Below are positions 18,740 to 27,982 of a stretch of DNA of 64,000 bases, piece by piece (the first letter of the stretch is position 1; every line of letters begins with the position of its first letter). The notes under the pieces were generated by a model. The model saw only the letters and a list, made by a program, of their open reading frames with translations. It made no database searches and had not been told where the DNA came from. This DNA is from Halapricum desulfuricans (GTDB taxonomy: Archaea > Halobacteriota > Halobacteria > Halobacteriales > Haloarculaceae). The stretch is from the NCBI RefSeq assembly GCF_017094525.1, contig NZ_CP064788.1, positions 975,030 to 1,039,029 of the forward strand, read 5' to 3'. The position numbers were made by a program, and so were the translations under genes.

Positions 18740-20298
18740 TCGCGTCCGACAGTATCAACATACCCGGCGCGCAATCGGGGGGTATGTCGGCATCCGAACT
18801 CGCAGCCGCCGTCAAGAAGTCGCTCGCGGTCGACGACGAGGAGTTTCAGGCACAGGCGGTCGAGGAGGCCGAACGGCTCAAAGCGGAAGTTCGGGACGGG
18901 ACCTTCGACAACAGCGAGACGATTGTCGGTCTCGAACTGGAGCTGTACGCCGTCGACGACCGGACCGACGCGCTCCAGCGGGTGCCCCGCCCATTGCTCG
19001 AGCGGATCGGCTTCGAGAAGGAACTCGGCCTGCACAACGCCGAGATGCAGACCAGCCCGCAGCCGCTGAACTCCTACGGGCTGGCCGCCCAGGAACAGGA
19101 ACTACAAGCCAACCTGGTCCCCGCTCAGGAGCGCACGCGCGCAGACGACATCCGGCTGGTCAGCGACGGGATGTGGACCGTCCCGCCGAACGGCGAGACC
19201 GCTCACTCGTATCTCTGTGACTCGGTCGAAGCCGACGGGATCCGCATCGCGACGAACATGTCCGATTCCGTCCGCTATCACGCGATGGCAAACACCGACT
19301 ATCCCTCGGGGCTGCGCCTGGACGCGCCGAACGTCACGCTTGAGGCCGACACGGTCATGCCCGAGAGTTTGATCACCTCGATCCAGCCCCACGTCCAGGT
19401 GCCTCACGCACCCGATCTGCCCGAGTATTTCCGATATGCGCTGCGGATCGCCGGGCCGCTGCTCGCGCTCGGGGTCAACTCGCCGTTCTTCCCGCCGGAC
19501 CTGTACGACGACGTCCCCGACGCGACGATCCTGGACGACGCCTGGATGGAGCACCGCGTCTCGGTGTTCGAGTCGGTACTGAACGCCGCCGACGGGTCGA
19601 TCCCGGACAAAGTGTGTTTCCCGCCCGACTTCGAGACCGTCGAGGACGCCATCGACGCCATCGTCGCCGACGAGACGATCGTCCCGATGGAAGTCGCCCG
19701 CGGCGAACGGTTCGACGATCAGTTCGCGCACGTCCGGCACAAACACGGCTCCTACTGGCGGTGGGTGCGGCCCGTCTTCGACGGCGCGACCCGTTCGCAG
19801 GCCAACGCCCGCATCGAGTTCCGACCGCTGCCGGGCCAGCCGACGATCCGGGACGCGATCGCGTTCCAGGCCGTGTTCGCCGGCCTCCTGGAGAGTTTGA
19901 TCCGGCGAGAACACCCCGTTCGAACCCTCGATTGGGAGCGCGCCGAACAGAACTTCTACAACGCGATGCGGGACGGACTGGAGGCGGAACTGGTCTGGAT
20001 CACGGGCGCGGGCGAGACGGCCGATCTCGACGAGATCTACGGCGAACTGTTCGAACACGCACGCGACGGCCTCGAGCTGCAGGGCCTGTCGGCCGAGCAG
20101 GCCCGGCGGTACATCCGCCCGCTGCGTGAGCGCGTCGACCGGCGGATGACCCCCGCCCGCTGGAAGTACGGCTACGTCCGCCGGCGCGTCCAAGAGGGCG
20201 TCCCGCTTCCGGAGGCGATCTGGGGGATGCAGGCCCAGTACATCCGCAAGCAGGAGGAGACGCTCATCGAGGGCGAGTTCACCGAGTGGCTCTCGTGA
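18736..20298 (+). CDS. glutamate--cysteine ligase family 2 (GCS2/YbdK-like) protein
   Basis: Long conserved ORF; ELELY, HNAEMQTSPQP and EFRPLPGQPT resemble GCS2 carboxylate-amine ligase motifs. The true start may be 18784. Confidence 0.5.
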   Translation: MIASDSINIPGAQSGGMSASELAAAVKKSLAVDDEEFQAQAVEEAERLKAEVRDGTFDNSETIVGLELELYAVDDRTDALQRVPRPLLERIGFEKELGLHNAEMQTSPQPLNSYGLAAQEQELQANLVPAQERTRADDIRLVSDGMWTVPPNGETAHSYLCDSVEADGIRIATNMSDSVRYHAMANTDYPSGLRLDAPNVTLEADTVMPESLITSIQPHVQVPHAPDLPEYFRYALRIAGPLLALGVNSPFFPPDLYDDVPDATILDDAWMEHRVSVFESVLNAADGSIPDKVCFPPDFETVEDAIDAIVADETIVPMEVARGERFDDQFAHVRHKHGSYWRWVRPVFDGATRSQANARIEFRPLPGQPTIRDAIAFQAVFAGLLESLIRREHPVRTLDWERAEQNFYNAMRDGLEAELVWITGAGETADLDEIYGELFEHARDGLELQGLSAEQARRYIRPLRERVDRRMTPARWKYGYVRRRVQEGVPLPEAIWGMQAQYIRKQEETLIEGEFTEWLS

Positions 20299-20445
20299 CC
20301 GCGCTCGACGTCCTCGCGGCGTTCGCGACCGACGAGTTCCCGACGGACGAACTCTCGCCGCGGCGACGACGGCCTCGCGGTCGCCGTCGAGAACGCCTAC
20401 CGCGTCGCCAGTACTGCGGCGCGTGACTTGCGCGAACGGTGACGC

Positions 20446-20931
20446 CTACGGTTCGTCTTCGGTGTGTTCGTCCTCGAGAAAGCCGTGGTACGAGCAGACG
20501 TACTCGTCGCGGATGATCTGCTCGTCGACGATTTCCAGCCCGAGGGCGTCGAGGTCCTCGGCGATCCGGTTGAGATCGTCGTGTGACTGCCCGATCGCGT
20601 TGACGTAGACGTTGCGCTTGCCAGTCATGATCTCGCGGACAGCGGTGACTCCCTCGACCTCGCGGGCCGCTTTCGCGAGTTCGTCTCGCTCGGTCACCGG
20701 TGCCGTACAGATGATCTTCGTGTACAGCGGGTAGCCGGCCCTGTCGTAGTCGATATCGATGTGATACCCGCGGACGACCCCGCTGTCTTCGAGTTTGCTG
20801 AGCCTGGTTCGAACCGTACTCGGAGACAGATCGAGTTCGGCTGCGATGTCGCTCGATGACGTGTGTCTCGCGTCTTTCTGCAGGTAGTAGAGGATCGACC
20901 GGTCGATCGAGTCCAGCTGTCCGTCTTTCAT
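20446..20931 (-). CDS. Lrp/AsnC family transcriptional regulator
   Basis: N-terminal HTH (DSIDRSILYYLQKDARHTSSSDIAAELDLSPSTVRTRLSKLE) plus a RAM-like domain. Confidence 0.85.
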   Translation of the reverse strand: MKDGQLDSIDRSILYYLQKDARHTSSSDIAAELDLSPSTVRTRLSKLEDSGVVRGYHIDIDYDRAGYPLYTKIICTAPVTERDELAKAAREVEGVTAVREIMTGKRNVYVNAIGQSHDDLNRIAEDLDALGLEIVDEQIIRDEYVCSYHGFLEDEHTEDEP

Positions 20932-21357
20932 CTATTGTCCCTTCTCTACCGAATGCATAATCATGGGGTTTTCGACTCGATCCGGATCGGCTGCGGCCGT
21001 TGCACGGAAGCCTCGCTGATCCGTAAGTAGCAACGAGTGGAAAGCGAACCGGCCGGGAAAAGTCCGGCCGGACGCTTGCCGCCCTGAATTGGTCCCCGCT
21101 GACGCTTCGGCCCTCCAAGCGAAGCGTCATCTGAACTTTGAGGTATGGACGGACTTAAAAGTACCGACACCAGGGGAAGAATACCACCCGTGAATGATCG
21201 ACGATTCGATGCTCGCACCGGTTGACGGGACAGAATAACTGGGAGACGGGGACCGCCTGTCGATCATCGACCGGAACTATCACGATCTCTCCCGACCGCG
21301 GCAGAACCCGCGCGTTCGCCAACCTCTTTCCGTTCGGAAATCGTCTTCCGAGTTGCT

Positions 21358-21777
21358 ATGCCAACACGCAACGCTGAAGCGACCTGGCGCGGCGACCTCA
21401 AGAGCGGGAGCGGCGACCTCGCACTCGGGAGCGGGGTCTACGAGGGTCCGTATTCGTTTGCGTCCCGGTTCGAGGACGGGGACGCGACCAACCCGGAGGA
21501 ACTGATCGGGGCGGCCCACGCCGGCTGTTTCGTCATGGCGCTGTCGAACGAACTCGACGAGGCGGGCTACGAGCCCGAGCAACTGCACGCCGACGCGGAG
21601 GTCCATCTCGACCCCGAAGCGCTCGAGATCGACTGGATCGAACTCACGCTCGAAGCGACGATCCCGGACATCGACGAGGACACGTTTCAGGAGATCGCCG
21701 CCGGCGCGAAAGCGGGCTGTCCGGTCTCGAAAGCGCTTGCAGGCGTCGACATTCGACTCGACGCGACGCTCGCGTAG
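21358..21777 (+). CDS. OsmC/Ohr family peroxiredoxin-like protein
   Basis: 139 aa. Conserved Cys pair (AHAGCFVMA ... AKAGCPVSKAL) typical of OsmC. Confidence 0.8.
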   Translation: MPTRNAEATWRGDLKSGSGDLALGSGVYEGPYSFASRFEDGDATNPEELIGAAHAGCFVMALSNELDEAGYEPEQLHADAEVHLDPEALEIDWIELTLEATIPDIDEDTFQEIAAGAKAGCPVSKALAGVDIRLDATLA

Positions 21778-21861
21778 GCGATCGTCCAGACGGGACGTCT
21801 GTTCCGTATCGACGACTCGATACGAGGTGGGAGGATCGGCAACTCGGTGTACGAACCCGTA

Positions 21862-22383
21862 TCAGCCGGTCGCGTTCTTCGGGACGACGAGGCGATCGCC
21901 CACGCCGACACCGGTCGCGTTTGCGTACCCGCGCGGGACTTCGAGGACGTACTGGCCAGTCCCGGGGTACCGCCGGAGGTCGTCGTCCGGCGTCTGTCCG
22001 GGGACGGGTGCGTGGTGGATCGTCGTGATCGTGCCGTTCGGGGCGGCGAAGACGATGTCGAGCGGGAAGTCCATGTCGCGCATGACGAACTCGTGGCGGC
22101 CGGAATCGGGAAAGACGAACAGCATGCCCTCACCGTCGGCGAGCGAGTCAGTCTTGCTGAGCCCCACATAGCGTTCACGCTGGCTGTCGGCGACTCGGAC
22201 GTCGACGGTCGCCAGTTCGGTTCCGTTTTCGTCGGCCAGCGTGACCGTGGCTTCCTCGTAGTCCAGCGGGTGCAGAAGGCCGCCGAGCGGCCCGGTCGGA
22301 TGCAGTGCCCAGAAGCCGACCACGAGGACGATGACCCCGACGGCGACGAGCGTAACGAGTCGGTCCCGGTCGGGCAACTCCAT
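21862..22383 (-). CDS. DUF192 domain protein
   Basis: N-terminal TM helix, then ...GLSKTDSLADGEGMLFVFP...MRDMDFPLDIVF typical of DUF192. Confidence 0.65.
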   Translation of the reverse strand: MELPDRDRLVTLVAVGVIVLVVGFWALHPTGPLGGLLHPLDYEEATVTLADENGTELATVDVRVADSQRERYVGLSKTDSLADGEGMLFVFPDSGRHEFVMRDMDFPLDIVFAAPNGTITTIHHAPVPGQTPDDDLRRYPGTGQYVLEVPRGYANATGVGVGDRLVVPKNATG

Positions 22384-22524
22384 ACGGACGCGAGGAGACG
22401 GCCGAGCGTAATACTGTCGCTGTACCGTTCCGACACCGCGGTGCCGACGGTATGGGCGAGCGTACAGCCGACTGTCGATCCAGAGAGAAAGCGTTATTCA
22501 CCCGGGCGGGCAAGACCGGTCTGT

Positions 22525-22598
22525 GGGTCCGTGGTCTAGTTGGTTATGACGCGGCCTTTACAAGGCCGAAGTCGGCGGTTCAAATCCGCCCGGGCCCA
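22525..22598 (+). tRNA. tRNA-Val(TAC): tRNA-Val (anticodon TAC)
   Basis: Cloverleaf traced manually. Acceptor GGGTCCG/CGGGCCC plus discriminator A. Anticodon stem CGGCC/GGCCG with loop TTTACAA. T-arm GGCGG-TTCAAAT-CCGCC. No encoded CCA. Confidence 0.85.
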
Positions 22599-22691
22599 TC
22601 ACTGCCGTCGAACGGACGTGAGACGGCTGTTTTGCCGACAAGGATTTGAACCAGACGAGTCGCGCGCAGCGAGGCGAGCACGTCTCGACGA

Positions 22692-22718
22692 GGTTCACAA
22701 TCCGCCCGGGCCCATCAC
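22692..22718 (+). repeat. direct repeat of the tRNA-Val 3' end (26/27 nt identical to 22577-22602); att-site remnant
   Basis: ggttcaCaatccgcccgggcccatcac versus tRNA ggttcaaatccgcccgggcccatcac. Confidence 0.7.
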
Positions 22719-22720
22719 GG

Positions 22721-23215
22721 TCAAAACGGCAGTCCGTACTTGCTGAGATACTGTGCGAGCCCGGTGAAGTAGGCGATCAGCCAGAGGACGACGTAGCCGG
22801 CGACGCCGATCCGCAGTCGGGAGCGCCAGTGGTCCATACGGTCGCCGCCGATCTCCGAGAGCAACAGGTCCTCGTCGTAGTCGTGATAGAGGTCGTGTTC
22901 CCACTTGGCGCGGAAGATCCGGACGATCCCGGTGAGCGCGAAGGCGAGAAACGCGTACGCGTGTAGTCCGATCACGGCGTGGAGGACGCTGAACCCGTAA
23001 AATTGTTCGAGCAGGTTCGGAAGCATCCAGCCGACAAGCGGGATCGTCGTCAGCGCGAGACCGGTGAACACAACCGAGAGGTGTCGGACCAGCACGCTCC
23101 AGGTGACGGGATCGTTGTCGATCACGATCCAGGCGCCGTACAGAAAGCAGGGGAAACTGAGCGTCACCGAGAGCACGACCAGCGTCGCGACCGTCCCGTC
23201 GGCCAGCCCGAGCAT
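22721..23215 (-). CDS. DUF420 family membrane protein
   Basis: 164 aa, polytopic, conserved haloarchaeal membrane family. Confidence 0.55.
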   Translation of the reverse strand: MLGLADGTVATLVVLSVTLSFPCFLYGAWIVIDNDPVTWSVLVRHLSVVFTGLALTTIPLVGWMLPNLLEQFYGFSVLHAVIGLHAYAFLAFALTGIVRIFRAKWEHDLYHDYDEDLLLSEIGGDRMDHWRSRLRIGVAGYVVLWLIAYFTGLAQYLSKYGLPF

Positions 23216-23270
23216 TGGCGACCGTAGGGACGGGGTCGTTAAAGAGTGTCCGGAGGCGGTCAGCGTTTCA

Positions 23271-23350
23271 TACGGACTACTGTGCGTCTGTTCCGCATTG
23301 ACCGCCCGTATTCGGGCAGTCGGAGCGGTAAATCGTTACGGCAGTCCGTA
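23271..23350. repeat. intergenic hairpin repeat element, copy a (GTCTGTTCC...CAGTCGGAGCGGTAAATCGTTAC inside an 8-bp outer stem)
   Basis: Shares its conserved flanks with copies at 39041, 39207, 40248 and 56142. The internal hairpin covaries. Confidence 0.6.
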
Positions 23351-24592
23351 TCAATTGAGTGCGCTGACGGCCACATTCACGACTCGGTTGTCGGGATCGA
23401 TACGGCGGTTTCGCAGGATCTCGTCCGTCCGTTCGTCCTCGAGTTCGGCACAGATTTCGGCGACCGCGAGTCGGATATCAGGATCGTCGGCATCGGCGTG
23501 TCGCCTAAGGAAGTCAAAAACTCGATCCGGAATCCGATCGGACGGCAACTCCGAGCCGATCGAACGGACGGTCTCGGCATCGACATCGTCTGTGTCCACG
23601 TTCGCGAGTGTCGCCTCGACACCTGTCGATTCGGTCTCCGTGTTGGTTCCGTTGTCGGTCACTTCACTATCGGAGGCATCGCCTGTCTCCTGGGCTATCG
23701 GTTCGACCTCGCTTGTCGGACCAGCAGCCCCACTCTCGGCAGAAACAGACGCGTCAGTCTGCTTCGAACTGGATGGAGCCTCAGGCGCCGGGTTCTCTAT
23801 CGAGCCGTCGGTAGTCACCGAATCGGACGGCGAGTGACTGCTCGACGAAGTCTCGGTGCCGCTATCGCCACCAGAGGCACTGTGCTCAGGTCGGATATGG
23901 TCGTCTGAGGCCGTCGAGAGGACAGTGTGTCGTCCCTTCCAGCCGGCACCAAGGATCGATCCGAGGAATGCGAACTCGCCGAGCGAGATGAGAAACAGGA
24001 GCGGCCGATCGAGCCCCGGCGAAGGAGTGACGACGCCAAGCGGGGCAAGGTCGATCAGCGAGAGGATGCGCCCGAAGAGGAAAAGAAAAGTGAGGCCGAA
24101 GGCGATCATCCAGGTGACTTTTCGCTGCGCGCGAGCGATCACCGCGACAACGGCGATCGGTGCTGTCGCGAAGAGAGTTATACGGATAATATCTCCCATC
24201 GACAAATAGATGGTCGCGCTGGTGAGGACGGTCAGCGAAAGGATCGTCGCCACGAAAACGTAGCCAGCGTAGGCCGCGTACAGCGTCCCGAACCGGTCGA
24301 ACTGGGCCTGAGCGTCGGCATCCGGGAGTTGCGTAGCCGTCTCTGAAGGTAACGAGTCAATAGAGTCGGACCCGGGCTCTGGCGAGGACTCCTGCGTGTT
24401 CGAACCCGTCTCGCTGGCGTTCTTGGCGACGTCACTTGCAGTGCTCGTGGCGCTGGCTGCAGCACTCGCGGCTGTCCGCGATCCGCCGATCAGTTTCAGG
24501 ATCGCGGTCTTGATCGTCCGGAACGCGGACAGCACGACGAACAGAGGTGCCAGGGCGCTCTTGATCGGCGCCATGATGAGCCGTCGGAGCAT
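23351..24592 (-). CDS. membrane protein with C-terminal HEAT-like repeats, last gene of the accessory cluster
   Basis: Four TM helices, a Ser/Thr-rich linker and C-terminal ...IRLAVAEICAELEDERTDEIL...NVAVSAL HEAT-like units. Confidence 0.5.
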   Translation of the reverse strand: MLRRLIMAPIKSALAPLFVVLSAFRTIKTAILKLIGGSRTAASAAASATSTASDVAKNASETGSNTQESSPEPGSDSIDSLPSETATQLPDADAQAQFDRFGTLYAAYAGYVFVATILSLTVLTSATIYLSMGDIIRITLFATAPIAVVAVIARAQRKVTWMIAFGLTFLFLFGRILSLIDLAPLGVVTPSPGLDRPLLFLISLGEFAFLGSILGAGWKGRHTVLSTASDDHIRPEHSASGGDSGTETSSSSHSPSDSVTTDGSIENPAPEAPSSSKQTDASVSAESGAAGPTSEVEPIAQETGDASDSEVTDNGTNTETESTGVEATLANVDTDDVDAETVRSIGSELPSDRIPDRVFDFLRRHADADDPDIRLAVAEICAELEDERTDEILRNRRIDPDNRVVNVAVSALN

Positions 24593-24594
24593 GC

Positions 24595-25380
24595 TCAGAC
24601 CACCGCCGGGTACTGGGACTGGTCGACGCCGAGTGTCTCTAGCAAGTCCTGTGCGGGTGGTACGTCATCGGCCGAGGTCGCGGTCGCGACCCGGTCGAGC
24701 GCACCCTCGAGTTCTTCGAGTCGGTCAGTGACTTCCTCGAGATTCAATATCCGCGGCGACAGTGAGAGGTACGTCGATCCTTCGACCTCAATGAGGTCGT
24801 CCATGTCCATCGTCGGCATCCCCTCGTCCGGCAGTTCCAGCCGTCCGAAGCCGGTGACAGTAACGGGAGACGCCAGTTCGATCTCACCTTCGACGACGGC
24901 CTGTGGCAAGACGGTTGACACGTCGTTCAGTTTTGTCTGGCCGTAGGATTTGAACGTGTAGACGAGACTGTTCTGGGCAACCAGTTTCCGCTCTGCGCTG
25001 ACAATACCAATGACGGCGCAATTCTCAAGGATCACGTCGGTACCGACGACGTTGCCGTAGACGATTGCGTCCGTGAGGCGGATTCGGGTTCCCGTCACCG
25101 TTCCGTAGACAGTCGCACCCGACCCAGCGACCTTGCCGTCGGCTCCGACTTCACCTTCGACGCTTCCGTCCTCGAACTCGACACTTTCGGCCCCCATGAC
25201 CGAGCCTTCGACGGTGCCGCCCTTGATTTCGACCGTCTCGCCGTAGACGCTGCCCTGAACTGTCGCTCCCTCGTAGATACGGACTGGCCGTCCGATCTCG
25301 GCTTTGACTGTGGGGACGATCTTGCCGTCATAAGTTTCGCCCTCCTCGACGATGGCTCGAGTCTTTTCGATCGACGCCAT
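24595..25380 (-). CDS. bactofilin-domain (beta-helical polymer-forming) protein
   Basis: Tandem G-x-V-x-G-x-V beta-helix repeats (VQGSVYGETVEIKGGTVEGSVMGAESVEFEDGSVEGEV...) typical of bactofilin/DUF583. Confidence 0.65.
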   Translation of the reverse strand: MASIEKTRAIVEEGETYDGKIVPTVKAEIGRPVRIYEGATVQGSVYGETVEIKGGTVEGSVMGAESVEFEDGSVEGEVGADGKVAGSGATVYGTVTGTRIRLTDAIVYGNVVGTDVILENCAVIGIVSAERKLVAQNSLVYTFKSYGQTKLNDVSTVLPQAVVEGEIELASPVTVTGFGRLELPDEGMPTMDMDDLIEVEGSTYLSLSPRILNLEEVTDRLEELEGALDRVATATSADDVPPAQDLLETLGVDQSQYPAVV

Positions 25381-26307
25381 TCAAGATCCCCCCTCCGTAG
25401 CGACAGTTACCTGATCGTCCACTGCGTCCGCGACCACCGCTTCGTAGGACAGGAGCGGTCGACTGTCGTCGATGTGTGACTCCAGCCCATCGAGGATCTC
25501 CGACCCTTCGATCGTATCCGAACGAGCAGGGGTGAGAGACGTCCGCCCGACGAGTCGTTCCATTCCGGGGAAGGTATCGAGCGACACGTCGACAGGACCG
25601 TCCCTTGACGTAGCCTGGGACGGGGCGACGACGTGCTGTTCGGTCTGGCCGTCCCGTTCGACGGTCACGACGTAGTAGGGGACCTGAACCGTCGTCGGCT
25701 CGGGCTGTGGGGGATCAAACGAGGTCCGCGTCCGCTGGATCCGTTCGACGAGTTCGTGCTGCTGGTCGACGAACTCGTGGATCTCGGAGACGACCTCGCC
25801 GGTCGTGGATTCGATCCGGTCGTGGCGCCGCTGTTCGACCGCTTGGTTTTGGGACTGGAGGGTCTGCCAGGTCGTCGTGACGTGTTCGACGAAGGGTTGC
25901 TCGATTCCTTCCTCGAACTCCTCTTCGTCGATCTCGAAGATGTGAGCACCAAGATCTCGAATCCGTTTCGCGGCCTTCTCGTCGAGTTCCTCGTGTTTTC
26001 GCTCGTATCGCTCCGCGATCCGATCGAGTTGGCGTTCGAGTTCCTCGTGTTCTGTCTCGATACGCTCCTGTTCGGCCGTGATCTGTGGACGGATCTCTCT
26101 GACCTCCGCGACCCGCTCCATCATCTTCATCTCGGCCTGGGCCTGGATCGATTCATAAATCGCATCGATGAGCTCTTCGAAGCCCTCTTTCGCGACTGTG
26201 TGGACCTTTTTGACTTCTTGCCGGACTTCCTTGACAGACTTGAGAATATCACCGACCGTCTGGTGAATCCGCTTGAGGATCGGATGTAGGTCGTCGTTCC
26301 CAGCCAT
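25381..26307 (-). CDS. coiled-coil hypothetical protein
   Basis: Heptad-rich, charged; lower GC than the core genome. Confidence 0.5.
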   Translation of the reverse strand: MAGNDDLHPILKRIHQTVGDILKSVKEVRQEVKKVHTVAKEGFEELIDAIYESIQAQAEMKMMERVAEVREIRPQITAEQERIETEHEELERQLDRIAERYERKHEELDEKAAKRIRDLGAHIFEIDEEEFEEGIEQPFVEHVTTTWQTLQSQNQAVEQRRHDRIESTTGEVVSEIHEFVDQQHELVERIQRTRTSFDPPQPEPTTVQVPYYVVTVERDGQTEQHVVAPSQATSRDGPVDVSLDTFPGMERLVGRTSLTPARSDTIEGSEILDGLESHIDDSRPLLSYEAVVADAVDDQVTVATEGGS

Positions 26308-26310
26308 GGG

Positions 26311-27891
26311 TTAGGCCCCCCTCCGGTCGGGATGATTCGCACTGTTCTGGTTGATCGTGTGCGCGAGCCGTGCCGCGTTTTTGTCCTCCTCGGCCTGTTT
26401 TTTCCTCGCACGCTCGTCCTCTGCTGCCTGCTGGGCGGCGAGGAACTCACGCTGACGCTGGCGTTCGTCCTCGCGTAACATCTCAGCCCGTTGTTCGGCC
26501 TCGGACTCGGCCTGTTCGATACGGTCGTTGACGACCCCTTCGGTTTCTTCGAGGACGCGTTCGGTCTCCTCGTCGATCGTCTCGAATGCCTGGGAGACGT
26601 CTTGCCGGAACTGGTTTATCTTCTGTTCTTGCAGGCGATCGTACTCATCCATCAGGTCGCCGAGGACGTCGACCATCCCCTGTTTGGCCCGTGCCTCCGT
26701 CTGGAGATCCCGGATCTTCGAGCGGATGTCCTTGATGCGTTCTTCCACGGTCCGGATCTCCTCGCGTTGCTGTTCGTACTCGCGTTCTTGCAGTTCGGCT
26801 TTCTGGTCCTCGATAGACTCGTAGATCTCTCGACGCTGGTCGTCCTTCTCGATCCAGAGCTGTTCCCACACGTCAAGGACGATCTCGTCACGGATGCGAT
26901 GTCGAGGGATCCCCGCTGCCGGGTCAAACGACGACCGGCAGGTGTCACAGTACCACTCACCGTCGTCGCGAACTTCGAGTTGTGACTCGATGTCGTCTGT
27001 CATGCAGTCCGGGCAGTAGAAGTGATACGAGACGAGTCCGAACATGTCGCTGGCCCGTCGAATGTGATCGTTGAGCAAGTCCGTCGCCAACTCTTGGAGT
27101 CCGGAGAGGTCGTTGGCGATACGGCGGCTCTGTTCACTCACGTCGAGCAGGACAGATTCTCCATGGTCCTCGTCGGCCATCGACTCGAACTCGTCGAACG
27201 TCCGGACCTGTTCTGTCGCTTCCTCCTGCGACAGCGATACGCCCCCAGCGTCGACAGTGTCGTTCTCGGCCGACGGGACCAACCGAGACAGCGAATCGAT
27301 AGCTGGGTCCCCCTCATCAAGGACCGGGGCGGAAATCTCGTGGGTCTGACTGTCGTTGATCTCCGATCTAATGGTCGAAATGGTCTGGACGAACTCCTTT
27401 TCAACGTCGGTTTCGTCGGTCATCACGACAGGGTACTCACTCATCGAGTCCAGCGTCTGTTTGACCTGCTGTGCGTGTTCCGGGCTATCGAGAAGGCGCA
27501 ACTGAAACTGTTTTGACTCGATCGATTCCGTCGCGTCGAAGACCACCGTCCCGTCGTCGTCGGGGACGAGATGACCCGTCCAGTAGCCCTTCTCGATCGA
27601 CGTGACAGTCGGCTCTGGACTCCGGGAACGAACGTAGGCGCCGCCGCCGACACCGCCAACGATACCGACCCCAGCAAGCGCCAGTCCCGGTCCGGATTGG
27701 TTGGACGCCACCAGGGCGATCCCCGCGATCATCACAACGACGGCCGACACGACGACGAGTTTTAGTCGGGACCACTGCTGCTCGTAGTGATCTTCGAGGT
27801 CGTCGCTGACGGCCTCGTGAACCGCGATCGATTGGGCGTGTCGTTCGTCGACACCGTTCGAATTGACGTACACCACAGAGGGTATGCGCAT
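26311..27891 (-). CDS. membrane-anchored coiled-coil protein with a central zinc ribbon (CPDC...CDTC)
   Basis: TM helix near the N-terminus, a Cys4 ribbon (YHFYCPDC...WYCDTC) and a long E/R/Q-rich coiled coil. Confidence 0.5.
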   Translation of the reverse strand: MRIPSVVYVNSNGVDERHAQSIAVHEAVSDDLEDHYEQQWSRLKLVVVSAVVVMIAGIALVASNQSGPGLALAGVGIVGGVGGGAYVRSRSPEPTVTSIEKGYWTGHLVPDDDGTVVFDATESIESKQFQLRLLDSPEHAQQVKQTLDSMSEYPVVMTDETDVEKEFVQTISTIRSEINDSQTHEISAPVLDEGDPAIDSLSRLVPSAENDTVDAGGVSLSQEEATEQVRTFDEFESMADEDHGESVLLDVSEQSRRIANDLSGLQELATDLLNDHIRRASDMFGLVSYHFYCPDCMTDDIESQLEVRDDGEWYCDTCRSSFDPAAGIPRHRIRDEIVLDVWEQLWIEKDDQRREIYESIEDQKAELQEREYEQQREEIRTVEERIKDIRSKIRDLQTEARAKQGMVDVLGDLMDEYDRLQEQKINQFRQDVSQAFETIDEETERVLEETEGVVNDRIEQAESEAEQRAEMLREDERQRQREFLAAQQAAEDERARKKQAEEDKNAARLAHTINQNSANHPDRRGA

Positions 27892-27982
27892 ATGTAGCAC
27901 ATATCTCGTAGAAGGCATGATACATAGTTCCTACGCCTGGTAACCGCTCCGTCGGGTGGCGTCACGAGACTCGACTCCGCGA

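Noticed and set aside
20961-21140. Possible SRP (7S) RNA in the lrp-osmC spacer
   Set aside because: I looked for the helix-8 GGAA tetraloop flanked by the AGCAGC/AGCAAC motif and the Alu-domain motifs and found neither on either strand. It is retained only as a low-interest structured spacer.
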